Source of the DNA: a virus
Taxonomy: Duplodnaviria > Caudoviricetes
DNA: 56,543 bases
Virus record (IMG/VR): IMGVR_UViG_3300046002_002936
Coordinates: 1 to 56,543 of that record
Strand: one strand, 5' to 3'
In this document: piece by piece, positions 36,843-45,260 of the stretch
Position numbering within the stretch: the first letter of the stretch is position 1
How the letters are laid out: each line of letters begins with the position of its first letter
The notes under the pieces: model-generated
What the model saw: the letters and a program-made list of their open reading frames with translations, nothing else
Told to the model about the DNA's origin: nothing
Databases searched by the model: none
Program-made: the position numbers and the translations under genes

Positions 36843-37055
36843 ATGACCACCCGCTCAAAGCAAGACTGGACTGTCGGCCAAACCGTTAAGGTTGGCTTCA
36901 TCGCCGGACTGGAAGTCCTCGAGAAGGTCGCCACGCCCGGTGACTATCTGCCCGACCTGTACGTCCTGCGCTCGGCTAAGGGTGCGATCTACTCCTTCGT
37001 CCCGCACAATGGCCTGACGCGCTGCGAGAGCCTCGCTGAAGCCCGCTCGTACTGA
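36843..37055 (+). CDS. Early hypothetical protein (KQDWTVGQTVKVGF...YSFVPHNGL)
   Basis: CACGGAGA leader. Confidence 0.75.
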   Translation: MTTRSKQDWTVGQTVKVGFIAGLEVLEKVATPGDYLPDLYVLRSAKGAIYSFVPHNGLTRCESLAEARSY

Positions 37056-37084
37056 TCCCCACCCTCACACACGGAGAGACCCCT

Positions 37085-37321
37085 ATGCCTGCACCCAAGA
37101 GCGTTGAAGATGCCAAGATCGTCGTGGAGGGCTGGATCGTCCACTGCCAAGGCTTGGCCATCCAAGAGCCCAAGAAGGCCGCCAGCCTGCTCCGCAGCAG
37201 GGCAGCCGTCCTCGAGCACATGGGCGAGGAGCACATGCCAGAGGGCTGGGGCTTCGGTGGCCCTGAACTGATCCAAAAGCTGCGCCAAGCTGCGCGCGAC
37301 ATCCAAGGAGCTGCCCAATGA
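37085..37321 (+). CDS. Early hypothetical protein
   Basis: CACGGAGA leader. Confidence 0.65.
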   Translation: MPAPKSVEDAKIVVEGWIVHCQGLAIQEPKKAASLLRSRAAVLEHMGEEHMPEGWGFGGPELIQKLRQAARDIQGAAQ

Positions 37322-37659
37322 CCTACGTTTGGTTCACAGAAGAGACCGCCAAAGACGTTCCCGCCGATCTGGTGGCTGAGGTCGAGGCGGCTTACATTGC
37401 GGTCAACGACGCATGCCGTACCGCTCAATGGGCCGCCAGCGCCGCCGGTCGGTCCCGCACCAAGGCTAACCTCGTAGCCTATCAAAAGGCCGACGAGGCC
37501 CACGTAGCCGCCCTAGTGATCTGGCACCCCATCCAAGACAAGCTCATCGCCTACTACGAAGTGCAGGACGCCATCCGTCAGGCAGAGTATGACCGCCTCG
37601 CCGATGGCCCTGAGACCATCGACCTGTTCGGGGACAAGTCCTCGCCCATCCACTACTGA
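37318..37659 (+). CDS. Hypothetical protein
   Basis: AAGGAG SD, ATGA overlap. Confidence 0.6.
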   Translation: MTYVWFTEETAKDVPADLVAEVEAAYIAVNDACRTAQWAASAAGRSRTKANLVAYQKADEAHVAALVIWHPIQDKLIAYYEVQDAIRQAEYDRLADGPETIDLFGDKSSPIHY

Positions 37660-37673
37660 CCCTAGGAGATCAT

Positions 37674-37952
37674 ATGACCAAGCTAACCATCCCCCAAATC
37701 CGTGAGCGGCTGCACGAACTGGCGGTCATCCACGGCATCCCAGAGCTGTCCGAACTGGCCACGGCCACTTACCGACGCCAATACACTCGAGCACAAACCA
37801 CCCGCAAGGGCTTAGATGAACAGCTTAAGGCCAGCATCAGAGCCTTTGTGGCTGATTACCCCGGCATGGCCATGCAGGACGTGGCCAACACCTTTGGCGT
37901 CAACCCCGGTCGGGTCAGTGAGGCCCTGCACGGCAAGAGAGGAGAAGACTAA
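37674..37952 (+). CDS. HTH-containing small protein
   Basis: PGMAMQDVANTFGVNPGRVSEAL; TAGGAG SD. Confidence 0.7.
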   Translation: MTKLTIPQIRERLHELAVIHGIPELSELATATYRRQYTRAQTTRKGLDEQLKASIRAFVADYPGMAMQDVANTFGVNPGRVSEALHGKRGED

Positions 37953-38233
37953 TGACCATCAACGCACCATGGCGAGCCGAGATCGACTGGGCTCCCGACT
38001 TCCCCCGAGGCAGCCATGTCTTTGACAGCCATGGCAATGAGATCGCCGGGCCTATTGGTGGGGAGGAGGCAAACCTGATCGCCGAGGCACCAGAGCTGCT
38101 TGAACAGCTCGAGGCTCTGGTCGATCTTGTGCGAAAGTATGAGACCAATTTGGGCTCTAAAGATTTTGCCAAGGCCGTTGACTATCACCTGTTTTTTGCG
38201 ACATCAGCCATCAAGAAAGCCAAAGGAGCTTAA
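37952..38233 (+). CDS. Hypothetical protein (PW...ANLIAEAPELLE family)
   Basis: Common phage motif ANxxLIAxAPELL...AIKKAKG. Confidence 0.7.
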   Translation: MTINAPWRAEIDWAPDFPRGSHVFDSHGNEIAGPIGGEEANLIAEAPELLEQLEALVDLVRKYETNLGSKDFAKAVDYHLFFATSAIKKAKGA

Positions 38234-38236
38234 CCC

Positions 38237-38464
38237 ATGAAAAAAGGCGACACGTTCATAGGCCTTGACGGCAAACGCTATCGCGTCGGCAAAACCGTTT
38301 GGCGCAAAGACATTAATAAGGAAATTGCTAAAATGACACCCTACACGCCACCGACACCTAAAGTTCCTTGGTGGGCCTTCACTGGAATGATTGTATGCGG
38401 CAGCTTGAGCCTGATGTCTTTTGGCCTGTTGGCCATGATGGCTTTGGCTTTTTTAATTAAGTAA
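38237..38464 (+). CDS. Small membrane protein
   Basis: C-terminal TM; AAGGAG SD. Confidence 0.6.
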   Translation: MKKGDTFIGLDGKRYRVGKTVWRKDINKEIAKMTPYTPPTPKVPWWAFTGMIVCGSLSLMSFGLLAMMALAFLIK

Positions 38465-38481
38465 CCAGAGGAGAGTAGATC

Positions 38482-38826
38482 ATGAAAGCTAAAGACCTAA
38501 CACAAGCGGACGTTGGGAAGTGGGTTACGTTGCGGGCTAAGATCGTTGAGCATTACCCAACTTACAGCAATCGATTTACCATTGCGTTTGAGGATGGAAC
38601 ACTGCGCCATATTCTGGAGCACGACGCCACCCTAGAATTCACCACCCCGCCAGAGCCGGTTCAGGAGGTCGGCGACATCGTCCGACATATCAACGGTGCC
38701 GAATGGACTATCGCGGCCATCGACAGCAACGCCTGCCTTCTTAGGTATCTCACCGGGCACATCTCCGCAGATTATCCTCTGGACCCCGGCCTATGGAAAT
38801 TTGTCCGTAAAGGAAATCACCCATGA
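38482..38826 (+). CDS. Hypothetical protein
   Basis: GAGGAG SD. Confidence 0.6.
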   Translation: MKAKDLTQADVGKWVTLRAKIVEHYPTYSNRFTIAFEDGTLRHILEHDATLEFTTPPEPVQEVGDIVRHINGAEWTIAAIDSNACLLRYLTGHISADYPLDPGLWKFVRKGNHP

Positions 38827-39023
38827 ACCCCTCATCCGCCCTACTCTTCCAGATCGCCGACAAGATCGCTGAGGACGAGCCCACCACCGTCGTGGTCGTG
38901 GTCCTGCGCGGCACCGATCTGACCGCCTACGCGGCTGGCACGGACTGCGACACGGCACAGTGCGCCCTCGCCGTGGGGGCCGCCAACGAGTATCTGCTGA
39001 GGAAGATCACCGATGGAAAGTGA
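38823..39023 (+). CDS. Hypothetical protein
   Basis: ATGA overlap. Confidence 0.55.
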   Translation: MNPSSALLFQIADKIAEDEPTTVVVVVLRGTDLTAYAAGTDCDTAQCALAVGAANEYLLRKITDGK

Positions 39024-39177
39024 GACCCTACGCACCGCACAGGTCGCCGAGCAGCAGGCTTGGAGGCGGTGGAAGAAGCAACCTAACCCCACCACATACG
39101 CGGCCTACAAGAGGGCCAGCTCGGACACCGGGAGGGCTATTTTGGACCTCTACAATGCCCAAAAGAAGGCCGCATAA
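39013..39177 (+). CDS. 54-aa hypothetical protein (MESETLRT)
   Basis: GAGGAAG SD; fills the gap before the repeat cluster. Confidence 0.45.
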   Translation: MESETLRTAQVAEQQAWRRWKKQPNPTTYAAYKRASSDTGRAILDLYNAQKKAA

Positions 39178-39180
39178 AGT

Positions 39181-39296
39181 TGACCCTAAATGACCCTAGG
39201 GTCATCTCTAGGGTCAGGGTCAAAAGGGGGGCAAAACAGGGCAAATTATGACCCTCCCTGACCCTAACCACCTTAAGGGTTAGGGTCATAGGGTCA
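39181..39296. repeat. Cluster of TGACCCT/AGGGTCA heptamers (candidate origin or pac site)
   Basis: 9 exact heptamers plus 1 variant in 116 bp; perfect palindrome ATGACCCTAGGGTCAT at 39190-39205. Confidence 0.8.
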
Positions 39297-39376
39297 TTGC
39301 CGTGCAAGGGGTCGATCTGGTCGTTGTGTTCGGTTCTCAAAAAAGGTATTTTATCGGTGGTCTTGGAGATATCGAA

Positions 39377-39646
39377 ATGGCTGGAAAATCAGACCTCGCA
39401 GTGTCCCTCTCAGTCGGTCGTGGAGAGAAGCTGTCCGTCAAGCGGGGAGCTGGTCTGACGGCCAAGGGTCGGGCGAAGTACAACGCGGCCACAGGCTCCA
39501 AGCTGAAGGCTCCTGCGCCCAACCCCAAGAGCGAGGCGGACAAGGGTCGTAAGGCCAGCTTCTGCGCCCGGATGTCTGGAGTAGTCAAAAACGCCAAGGG
39601 TCCGGCAGATCGTGCCAAGGCGTCACTCAAGAGATGGAAGTGCTGA
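39377..39646 (+). CDS. Small basic protein, DUF6321-like
   Basis: GLTAKGRAKYN...LKAP...RKASFCARM...SLKRWKC. Confidence 0.7.
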   Translation: MAGKSDLAVSLSVGRGEKLSVKRGAGLTAKGRAKYNAATGSKLKAPAPNPKSEADKGRKASFCARMSGVVKNAKGPADRAKASLKRWKC

Positions 39647-39823
39647 ATGATCGAGGAGCAGATCGCAGCCCTTCGCAAACGAGAGGCGGTGTGCTGGGAC
39701 ATGAGCGAGGTGTTCCTGCACTCGCGAGATGCCCACGGGCTCCATGACATGGGCGTAGAAATCCAAGGCATCCAGTGGGCAATCAGGGAGCTTGAGAAGG
39801 CCCTCCTTGCCGACAAGGCCTGA
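39647..39823 (+). CDS. 58-aa hypothetical protein (MIEEQIAALR)
   Basis: ATG immediately after the upstream TGA; RDAHGLHDMGVEI. Confidence 0.55.
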   Translation: MIEEQIAALRKREAVCWDMSEVFLHSRDAHGLHDMGVEIQGIQWAIRELEKALLADKA

Positions 39824-39835
39824 ACGTATTACATT
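39807..39835 (+). promoter_or_regulatory. Sigma70-like promoter for terS
   Basis: TTGCCG-17-TACATT. Confidence 0.45.
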
Positions 39836-39861
39836 GGGGGCTGTTAGGAGGCCCGAAGGCG

Positions 39862-40344
39862 ATGGCTGACCAGAAGACTAAAACACCGAAGGCTCCAAAG
39901 GCCCCTCCCGCTCCTAAGCCGGAGGGTTACACGTTTGGGAGGCCGACCAAGTACCTCCCCCAGTACTGCGACGATGTCATCCGCATGGGGTCTGAGGGCT
40001 ACTCGGTCGTCGAGATGTGCGCCGAGGTCGGCGTGTCTCGGATCACCCTTGAGAGCGAATGGCCGTCAGTTCACCCAGACTTTTCTGCAGCCTTGGCTTC
40101 TGCTCGGCTCGCCTCACAGGCTTGGTGGGAGGGTCAGGGCCGCAAGGGTCTGTCCGCAGAACGCTTCCAAGCATCGCTGTACAGCCGCTCAATGGCCGCG
40201 CGTTTCCCTGCCGACTGGCGTGAGACCAAGAACTCCGAGATCACCGGCAAGGACGGCGGATCGATCAAGGTCGAGCAGGAGGGCACTGCCACGGACCTGC
40301 TGGCGTCACTGGCGGCTGCCACGGCCAAGGCGGCTGCGTCCTGA
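39862..40344 (+). CDS. terS: Terminase small subunit
   Basis: GRPTKY HTH, HPDF, QAWWE, EITGKDGG; upstream of TerL; AGGAGG SD. Confidence 0.88.
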   Translation: MADQKTKTPKAPKAPPAPKPEGYTFGRPTKYLPQYCDDVIRMGSEGYSVVEMCAEVGVSRITLESEWPSVHPDFSAALASARLASQAWWEGQGRKGLSAERFQASLYSRSMAARFPADWRETKNSEITGKDGGSIKVEQEGTATDLLASLAAATAKAAAS

Positions 40345-41822
40345 CCATCCTGCACGGATACGACCTGTCCAAGCTCGACCAGAAGGCTCTGCTGCGTCTG
40401 CCCGAACTGGAGCAGGTCGCGCTCACTTGGCGTCTGAAGTGGCTGACCACTGCGAGGCCCTCTCAGGTCGCTCCCAAGGGCGACTGGGCCGAGTGGGGCG
40501 TCATGGCAGGCCGAGGGTTCGGTAAGACGCTCCTTGGCGCTCACTGGATCGGCTGGGAGGCATGGAGCGATCCAGAGGCCCTGCCCAGTGCGGTGATCGC
40601 CCCGACCCAGTCCGACGTGCGCTACACCTGCTTCGAGGGACCGGCGGGCCTGATCAACGTGATCCCCCCAAAGCTGATCGCTGACTACAATCGTTCCGAC
40701 CTGATCATTCGCCTGACCAGTGGCGCGATCATCCGGGGCTTCAGCGCCGAGAAGGCCGAGCGCCTCCGGGGGCCGCAGTTCGCGCGCATTTGGTGCGATG
40801 AGCTGGCGGCGTGGCAGTACGCCGAAGACACTTGGGACATGGCGATGATGGGCCTGCGCCTTGGCGATGACCCGAAGGTGGTCTGGACCACGACGCCTAG
40901 GCCCATCGAACTGGTGCGTAAGCTAACGACCCCCAAGAAGCGGCGCGTCCTGACGAGGGGCTCGACCTACGACAACAAGGCCAACCTGCCCCAAGCCTTC
41001 TTCGACCAGCTCACGCAGTACGAGGGCACGACCATCGGGCGACAGGAGCTTGACGGGGAGCTGATCGATCCGGAGGAGAGCGGCGTCATCAAGCGGTCGT
41101 GGATGCGCCTGTGGCCCGCCAAGAAGCCTCTGCCTCAACTGGACTGGATCATCATGTCCCTCGACACGGCGTTCACCGAGGCGACGACTGACAAGAAGAC
41201 CGGGGCCGACCCCTCGGCCTGCACGGTCTGGGGTACCTTCGTGTTTGAGGGCCGCCAGAACGTCCTGCTGCTCGACTGTTGGCAAGAGCACCTCGGCCTG
41301 CCCGAACTGGTCAAGCGGGTCAAGAAGGAGCTGAACGTGGCCTACGGCGACGACCAAGACGCGGCGCTGCTCAAGCCCATGTTCGGGTCGTCCAAGATGC
41401 TGACCTCCGGGCGAAAGCCTGACATGGTGCTGATCGAGGACAAGGGCAGCGGCATCAGCCTGCGCCAGACCCTCGACCGCGATGGCATCCAAGCCTACGC
41501 CTACAACCCCGGCAGGGCCGACAAGCTGGCCCGCCTGCACATGGTGAGCAACGTGTTCGCCCGCCGTCAGGTGTGGCTCCCAGAGAGCGACCGCCACCCC
41601 GGCAAGCCTCGGACGTGGGTCGAGCCGATGCTGGCCCAGCTCTGCGCCTTTACCGGGGAGGGGTCGATCAAGCACGATGACTACGTGGACAGCACCAGCC
41701 AAGCCATGCGCCTGATGATCGACAAGAACCTGCTCAACCCGGTCAAGCTCGAGCGTCAGGCCAAGGAGGCTGAGCGCGACCGCAAGCCCGAAGAGCCCTA
41801 CCTCAACCCTTATTCGGTGTAG
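40341..41822 (+). CDS. terL: Terminase large subunit (probable CTG start at 40341; first ATG at 40503)
   Basis: AGRGFGKT Walker A, LRGPQF..IWCDE, TTTP, IEDKGSG, HDDYVDS nuclease. Confidence 0.93.
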   Translation: MTILHGYDLSKLDQKALLRLPELEQVALTWRLKWLTTARPSQVAPKGDWAEWGVMAGRGFGKTLLGAHWIGWEAWSDPEALPSAVIAPTQSDVRYTCFEGPAGLINVIPPKLIADYNRSDLIIRLTSGAIIRGFSAEKAERLRGPQFARIWCDELAAWQYAEDTWDMAMMGLRLGDDPKVVWTTTPRPIELVRKLTTPKKRRVLTRGSTYDNKANLPQAFFDQLTQYEGTTIGRQELDGELIDPEESGVIKRSWMRLWPAKKPLPQLDWIIMSLDTAFTEATTDKKTGADPSACTVWGTFVFEGRQNVLLLDCWQEHLGLPELVKRVKKELNVAYGDDQDAALLKPMFGSSKMLTSGRKPDMVLIEDKGSGISLRQTLDRDGIQAYAYNPGRADKLARLHMVSNVFARRQVWLPESDRHPGKPRTWVEPMLAQLCAFTGEGSIKHDDYVDSTSQAMRLMIDKNLLNPVKLERQAKEAERDRKPEEPYLNPYSV

Positions 41823-41823
41823 C

Positions 41824-41852
41824 GTGACATGACCGACACATTGAGGTATGCT
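41824..41852 (+). promoter_or_regulatory. Sigma70-like promoter for the portal operon
   Basis: GTGACA-17-TATGCT. Confidence 0.45.
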
Positions 41853-41882
41853 CCCCCGATCCCGACGCACGAGGCCTGACCC

Positions 41883-44459
41883 ATGGACGATGAAGAACTG
41901 CCCGAAGGCGAGACCGTCGAGATGGATATGGACCTGCCTCTGGATGTCGAGGACACCGAGGACGGCGGGGCCATCGTCACGTTGGACGAGGATGTCGATC
42001 AGTCCGAGGGCGACTTCTACGACAACCTAGCCGAGACGCTGCCAGAGCCTGAGCTGAACAAGCTCGGCTCTGAGTTCATCGAGATGCTGGCCCGCGACAA
42101 GACCTCTCGCTCAAAGCGCGACGAGCAGTACGAGGAAGGCATCCGGCGCACAGGCCTAGGCGAGGATGCACCCGGCGGTGCCCAGTTCCAAGGCGCGTCG
42201 AAGGTCGTCCACCCACTGCTGACCGAGGTCTGTGTGGACTTCTCGGCTCGGGCCATCAAGGAGCTGTTCCCGCCGCAGGGTCCAGTGCGCGACTTCATCC
42301 CCGGCAGCCTGACGCCGGACAAGGTGGCCAAGGCCAAGCGCAAAACCACCTACATGAACTGGCAGCTCACGACCCAGAGCACCGAGTTCCGGGCCGAGCT
42401 TGAGCAGCTCCTGACCCAAGTGCCGCTCGGCGGCGCGCAGTACCTCAAGATCACATGGAACGAGAAGAAGAACCGGCCTGAGTTCCTCTTTGTCGCCATC
42501 GACGACCTGCTGCTGCCCTTCGCGGCCACCAACTTCTACAGCGCCCAGCGCCGCACGCACGTCCAGTACCTCACGGCTCTGGACTTCGCCGCTCGGGTCA
42601 AGACCGGCATGTACCGCGACATCGACGTGGGCTCACCGGGCATGGAGCCTGAGCGTTCCATCGTGGACGTGGCCAACGACAAGATCGAGGGCCGGAACGA
42701 GACCTCGTACAACGAGGACGGCCTGCGGACGGTCTTCGAGATTTACACCTTCATCGACATCGAGGACGACACTGACGGCCCAGCGCCGTACATCGTCAGC
42801 GTCGATAAGACCTCGGGCAAGGTCCTGTCGATCTACCGCAACTGGGACGAGGCGGACGAGGAGCGCGAAGAGCTCCAGTGGATCGTCGAGTTCCCCTTCG
42901 TGCCGTGGCGCGGTGCATACCCCATCGGCCTGCCTCACATGATTGGCGGCATCTCTGCGGCTGTGACTGGATCGCTGCGCGCCCTGATGGACAGCGCCCA
43001 CATCAGCAACAGCGCGACGATGATCAAGCTAAAGGGTGGGAGCAAGGGCGGTCAGAGCCTGAACATCCAGCCTACGCAGGTCGAGGAGATCGAGGGCGGC
43101 ATCAACGTCGATGACGTGCGTAAGCTGGCGATGCCTCTGCCCTTCAACCCACCCAGCCCGGTGCTGTTCCAGCTTCTGGGCTTCCTCGTGGACGCAGGCA
43201 AGGGCGTGGTCCGAACGTCCATGGAGGAGGTCGGCGACAGCAACCCGAACTCACCTGTCGGCACCACCCTCGCACGCCTCGAGCAGGGCATGGTGGTCTA
43301 CAGCGCCATGCACGCCCGACTGCACAACAGCATGGCCCGCGTCCTGTCGATCCTGCACCGCCTCAACGGCTCGTACATGGACGACGCCAAGGAGGTCGAG
43401 GAGCTAGGCGAGGAGATCGCCAAGCGCGCCGACTTCGAAGGCCCCATGGACGTGGTGCCTGTCTCGGACCCGAACATCTTCTCCGAGAGCCAGCGTTTCG
43501 CTCAGGTGCAGGCCGTGGCCCAGCGTGCCGCAGCCCTGCCGCAACTGTACAACGCCCGCAAGGTCGAGGAGCGCATCCTCGAGACCCTGAAGGTGCCGAA
43601 CGCCAAGGACCTGCTGAACCCAGCCGTCGAGCCTCAGAACCAGAACGCCGTGCAGGAGAACGTGGTCGCGACCATGGGCAAGCCCATCGTGGCCTTCCCT
43701 GAGCAGGATCACATCGCGCACCTCAAGACCCACCTCGCGTACATGACCAACCCGGCGCTGGGCATGAGCGAGCTTATCGCCCCGACGTACCTCCCGGTGA
43801 TGATCGGTCACCTCAAGGAGCACATCGCCCTGTGGTACGCAGCCGAGACCACCGAGCTTGCCGACATGGCAGCCGGTGAGAGCGTGAGCGAGGCGATCCA
43901 GAAGATCAAGGACCCCAAGGAGCGGCAGGCTATCGACCGCATGCTGGCCGAGGCGTCCCAGAACGTGGTGCTTCAGGCCGAGGGTATCTTCGACAGCCTG
44001 CCCCCGGTGATCAAGGCCGCCTCCGAGATGATGAAGCAGTTTGCGCCCCAGCCACCTATGGACCCAGCCTCGCAGGCCGCAGCAGCCGAGACGCAGCGTC
44101 GTCAGGCGGCAGATCAGGCCAAGATGCAGTTGGATGGCCAAAAGATGCAACTGACCGCCCAGCAGGCTCAGAGCGACGCACAGAGGGCACAGGCAGACGC
44201 ACAGCTAGACGCCCAGCGCCTCCAGATCGAGGCCCAGAAGCTTCAGATGGGCGCACAAAGCGACGCGCAGCGCCTACAGGCCGACCTGAGCATCGCCGCG
44301 CAGCGTGAGCAGAACGAGAACCAGCGCACGCAGGCCGAAATTCAGGCCCGCATGGCGCAAAACGAGGCCGACAACCTGACCGCCCTGAAGCTCGCCGAGC
44401 TTGAGATCACGTCCGGTGAGCGGTTTAACGTCTCCACCGGCACCGGCATCAACCCGTAG
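41883..44459 (+). CDS. Portal protein
   Basis: 858 aa after TerL; GASKVVHPLL.E, PVGTTLA.LEQG, PVSDPNIFS; long Gln/Ala coiled-coil C-terminus (barrel-like). Confidence 0.85.
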   Translation: MDDEELPEGETVEMDMDLPLDVEDTEDGGAIVTLDEDVDQSEGDFYDNLAETLPEPELNKLGSEFIEMLARDKTSRSKRDEQYEEGIRRTGLGEDAPGGAQFQGASKVVHPLLTEVCVDFSARAIKELFPPQGPVRDFIPGSLTPDKVAKAKRKTTYMNWQLTTQSTEFRAELEQLLTQVPLGGAQYLKITWNEKKNRPEFLFVAIDDLLLPFAATNFYSAQRRTHVQYLTALDFAARVKTGMYRDIDVGSPGMEPERSIVDVANDKIEGRNETSYNEDGLRTVFEIYTFIDIEDDTDGPAPYIVSVDKTSGKVLSIYRNWDEADEEREELQWIVEFPFVPWRGAYPIGLPHMIGGISAAVTGSLRALMDSAHISNSATMIKLKGGSKGGQSLNIQPTQVEEIEGGINVDDVRKLAMPLPFNPPSPVLFQLLGFLVDAGKGVVRTSMEEVGDSNPNSPVGTTLARLEQGMVVYSAMHARLHNSMARVLSILHRLNGSYMDDAKEVEELGEEIAKRADFEGPMDVVPVSDPNIFSESQRFAQVQAVAQRAAALPQLYNARKVEERILETLKVPNAKDLLNPAVEPQNQNAVQENVVATMGKPIVAFPEQDHIAHLKTHLAYMTNPALGMSELIAPTYLPVMIGHLKEHIALWYAAETTELADMAAGESVSEAIQKIKDPKERQAIDRMLAEASQNVVLQAEGIFDSLPPVIKAASEMMKQFAPQPPMDPASQAAAAETQRRQAADQAKMQLDGQKMQLTAQQAQSDAQRAQADAQLDAQRLQIEAQKLQMGAQSDAQRLQADLSIAAQREQNENQRTQAEIQARMAQNEADNLTALKLAELEITSGERFNVSTGTGINP

Positions 44460-44473
44460 AAAGGAAATCCACC

Positions 44474-44593
44474 ATGGCCAAGGCACCTAAGACCAGTTCC
44501 GCCCCGAGCGGCCCAATCAACCAGCACAAGCGCATGGCTATGGGCATGCCGGTCAATCAGGACGTTGAAAAGGGCAAGAAGACCCCCGCATGA
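44474..44593 (+). CDS. 39-aa basic peptide (PINQHKRMAMG)
   Basis: AAGGA SD; ATGA overlap with the next gene. Confidence 0.5.
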   Translation: MAKAPKTSSAPSGPINQHKRMAMGMPVNQDVEKGKKTPA

Positions 44594-44784
44594 GGGTCGA
44601 AATTCTACTGAGACGCCTCGAGGACGAGCAAAAGACGCTCGCGATTGAGGCGCTCTCTCGCCCACAGGGCAAGGACGGTTACGATTATGGCCGTGTTGTG
44701 GGCATTTACGCAGGTTTGGAGCAGGCCAAGAACCTGATCCTAGACACCATGGCCGAAAAAGAGGCCAAGGACTTTCTTCTCTAG
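44590..44784 (+). CDS. Hypothetical protein (YGRVVGIYAGL)
   Basis: Small helical ORF between portal and GroES-like gene. Confidence 0.7.
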   Translation: MRVEILLRRLEDEQKTLAIEALSRPQGKDGYDYGRVVGIYAGLEQAKNLILDTMAEKEAKDFLL

Positions 44785-44801
44785 CCGCATGGGAGCAACA
44801 C

Positions 44802-45230
44802 ATGCAGGAAATTGGTAACAAGATCAGCTTCGGCTACGACAGCCTCGACGAGGCCTTCCCTCCCGCCGATCCGGGCGTTCAGCCCTTTGGATCGCGCGTT
44901 TTGGTCCAAATCCGCACGCCAATGGCGAAGACAAAGGGTGGCATCATCCTCACTTCGGACGTGCGAGAGACCGAACATTACAACACTCAGATCGCCAAGG
45001 TCATTGCCGTGGGCAGCTTGGCGTTCAAGAACCGAAATACCATGGAGCCGTGGCCCGAGGGGTCGTGGTGCGCCGTGGGAGAGTATGTCCGGGTGCCGCG
45101 TTACGGCGGCGACCGTTGGTCTGTGAAGACGAACAACGGCGAGGACGAAGCTATCTTGGTCATCTTCAATGACCTCGATCTGGTGGGCAAAGTCACGGGC
45201 GATCCGATGGCTATCAAGGCCTTCTTGTAA
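44802..45230 (+). CDS. groES: GroES/Cpn10-like co-chaperonin
   Basis: PFGSRVLVQ...KTKGGIIL...KVIAVG...RYGG...IFNDLD. Confidence 0.85.
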   Translation: MQEIGNKISFGYDSLDEAFPPADPGVQPFGSRVLVQIRTPMAKTKGGIILTSDVRETEHYNTQIAKVIAVGSLAFKNRNTMEPWPEGSWCAVGEYVRVPRYGGDRWSVKTNNGEDEAILVIFNDLDLVGKVTGDPMAIKAFL

Positions 45231-45260
45231 CCGCATTGCTGCCATTGAAAGGGAAGAGCG

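Noticed and set aside
40923-44150. Long antisense ORFs opposite terL and portal
   Set aside because: Same codon-bias artefact; fully overlap essential genes
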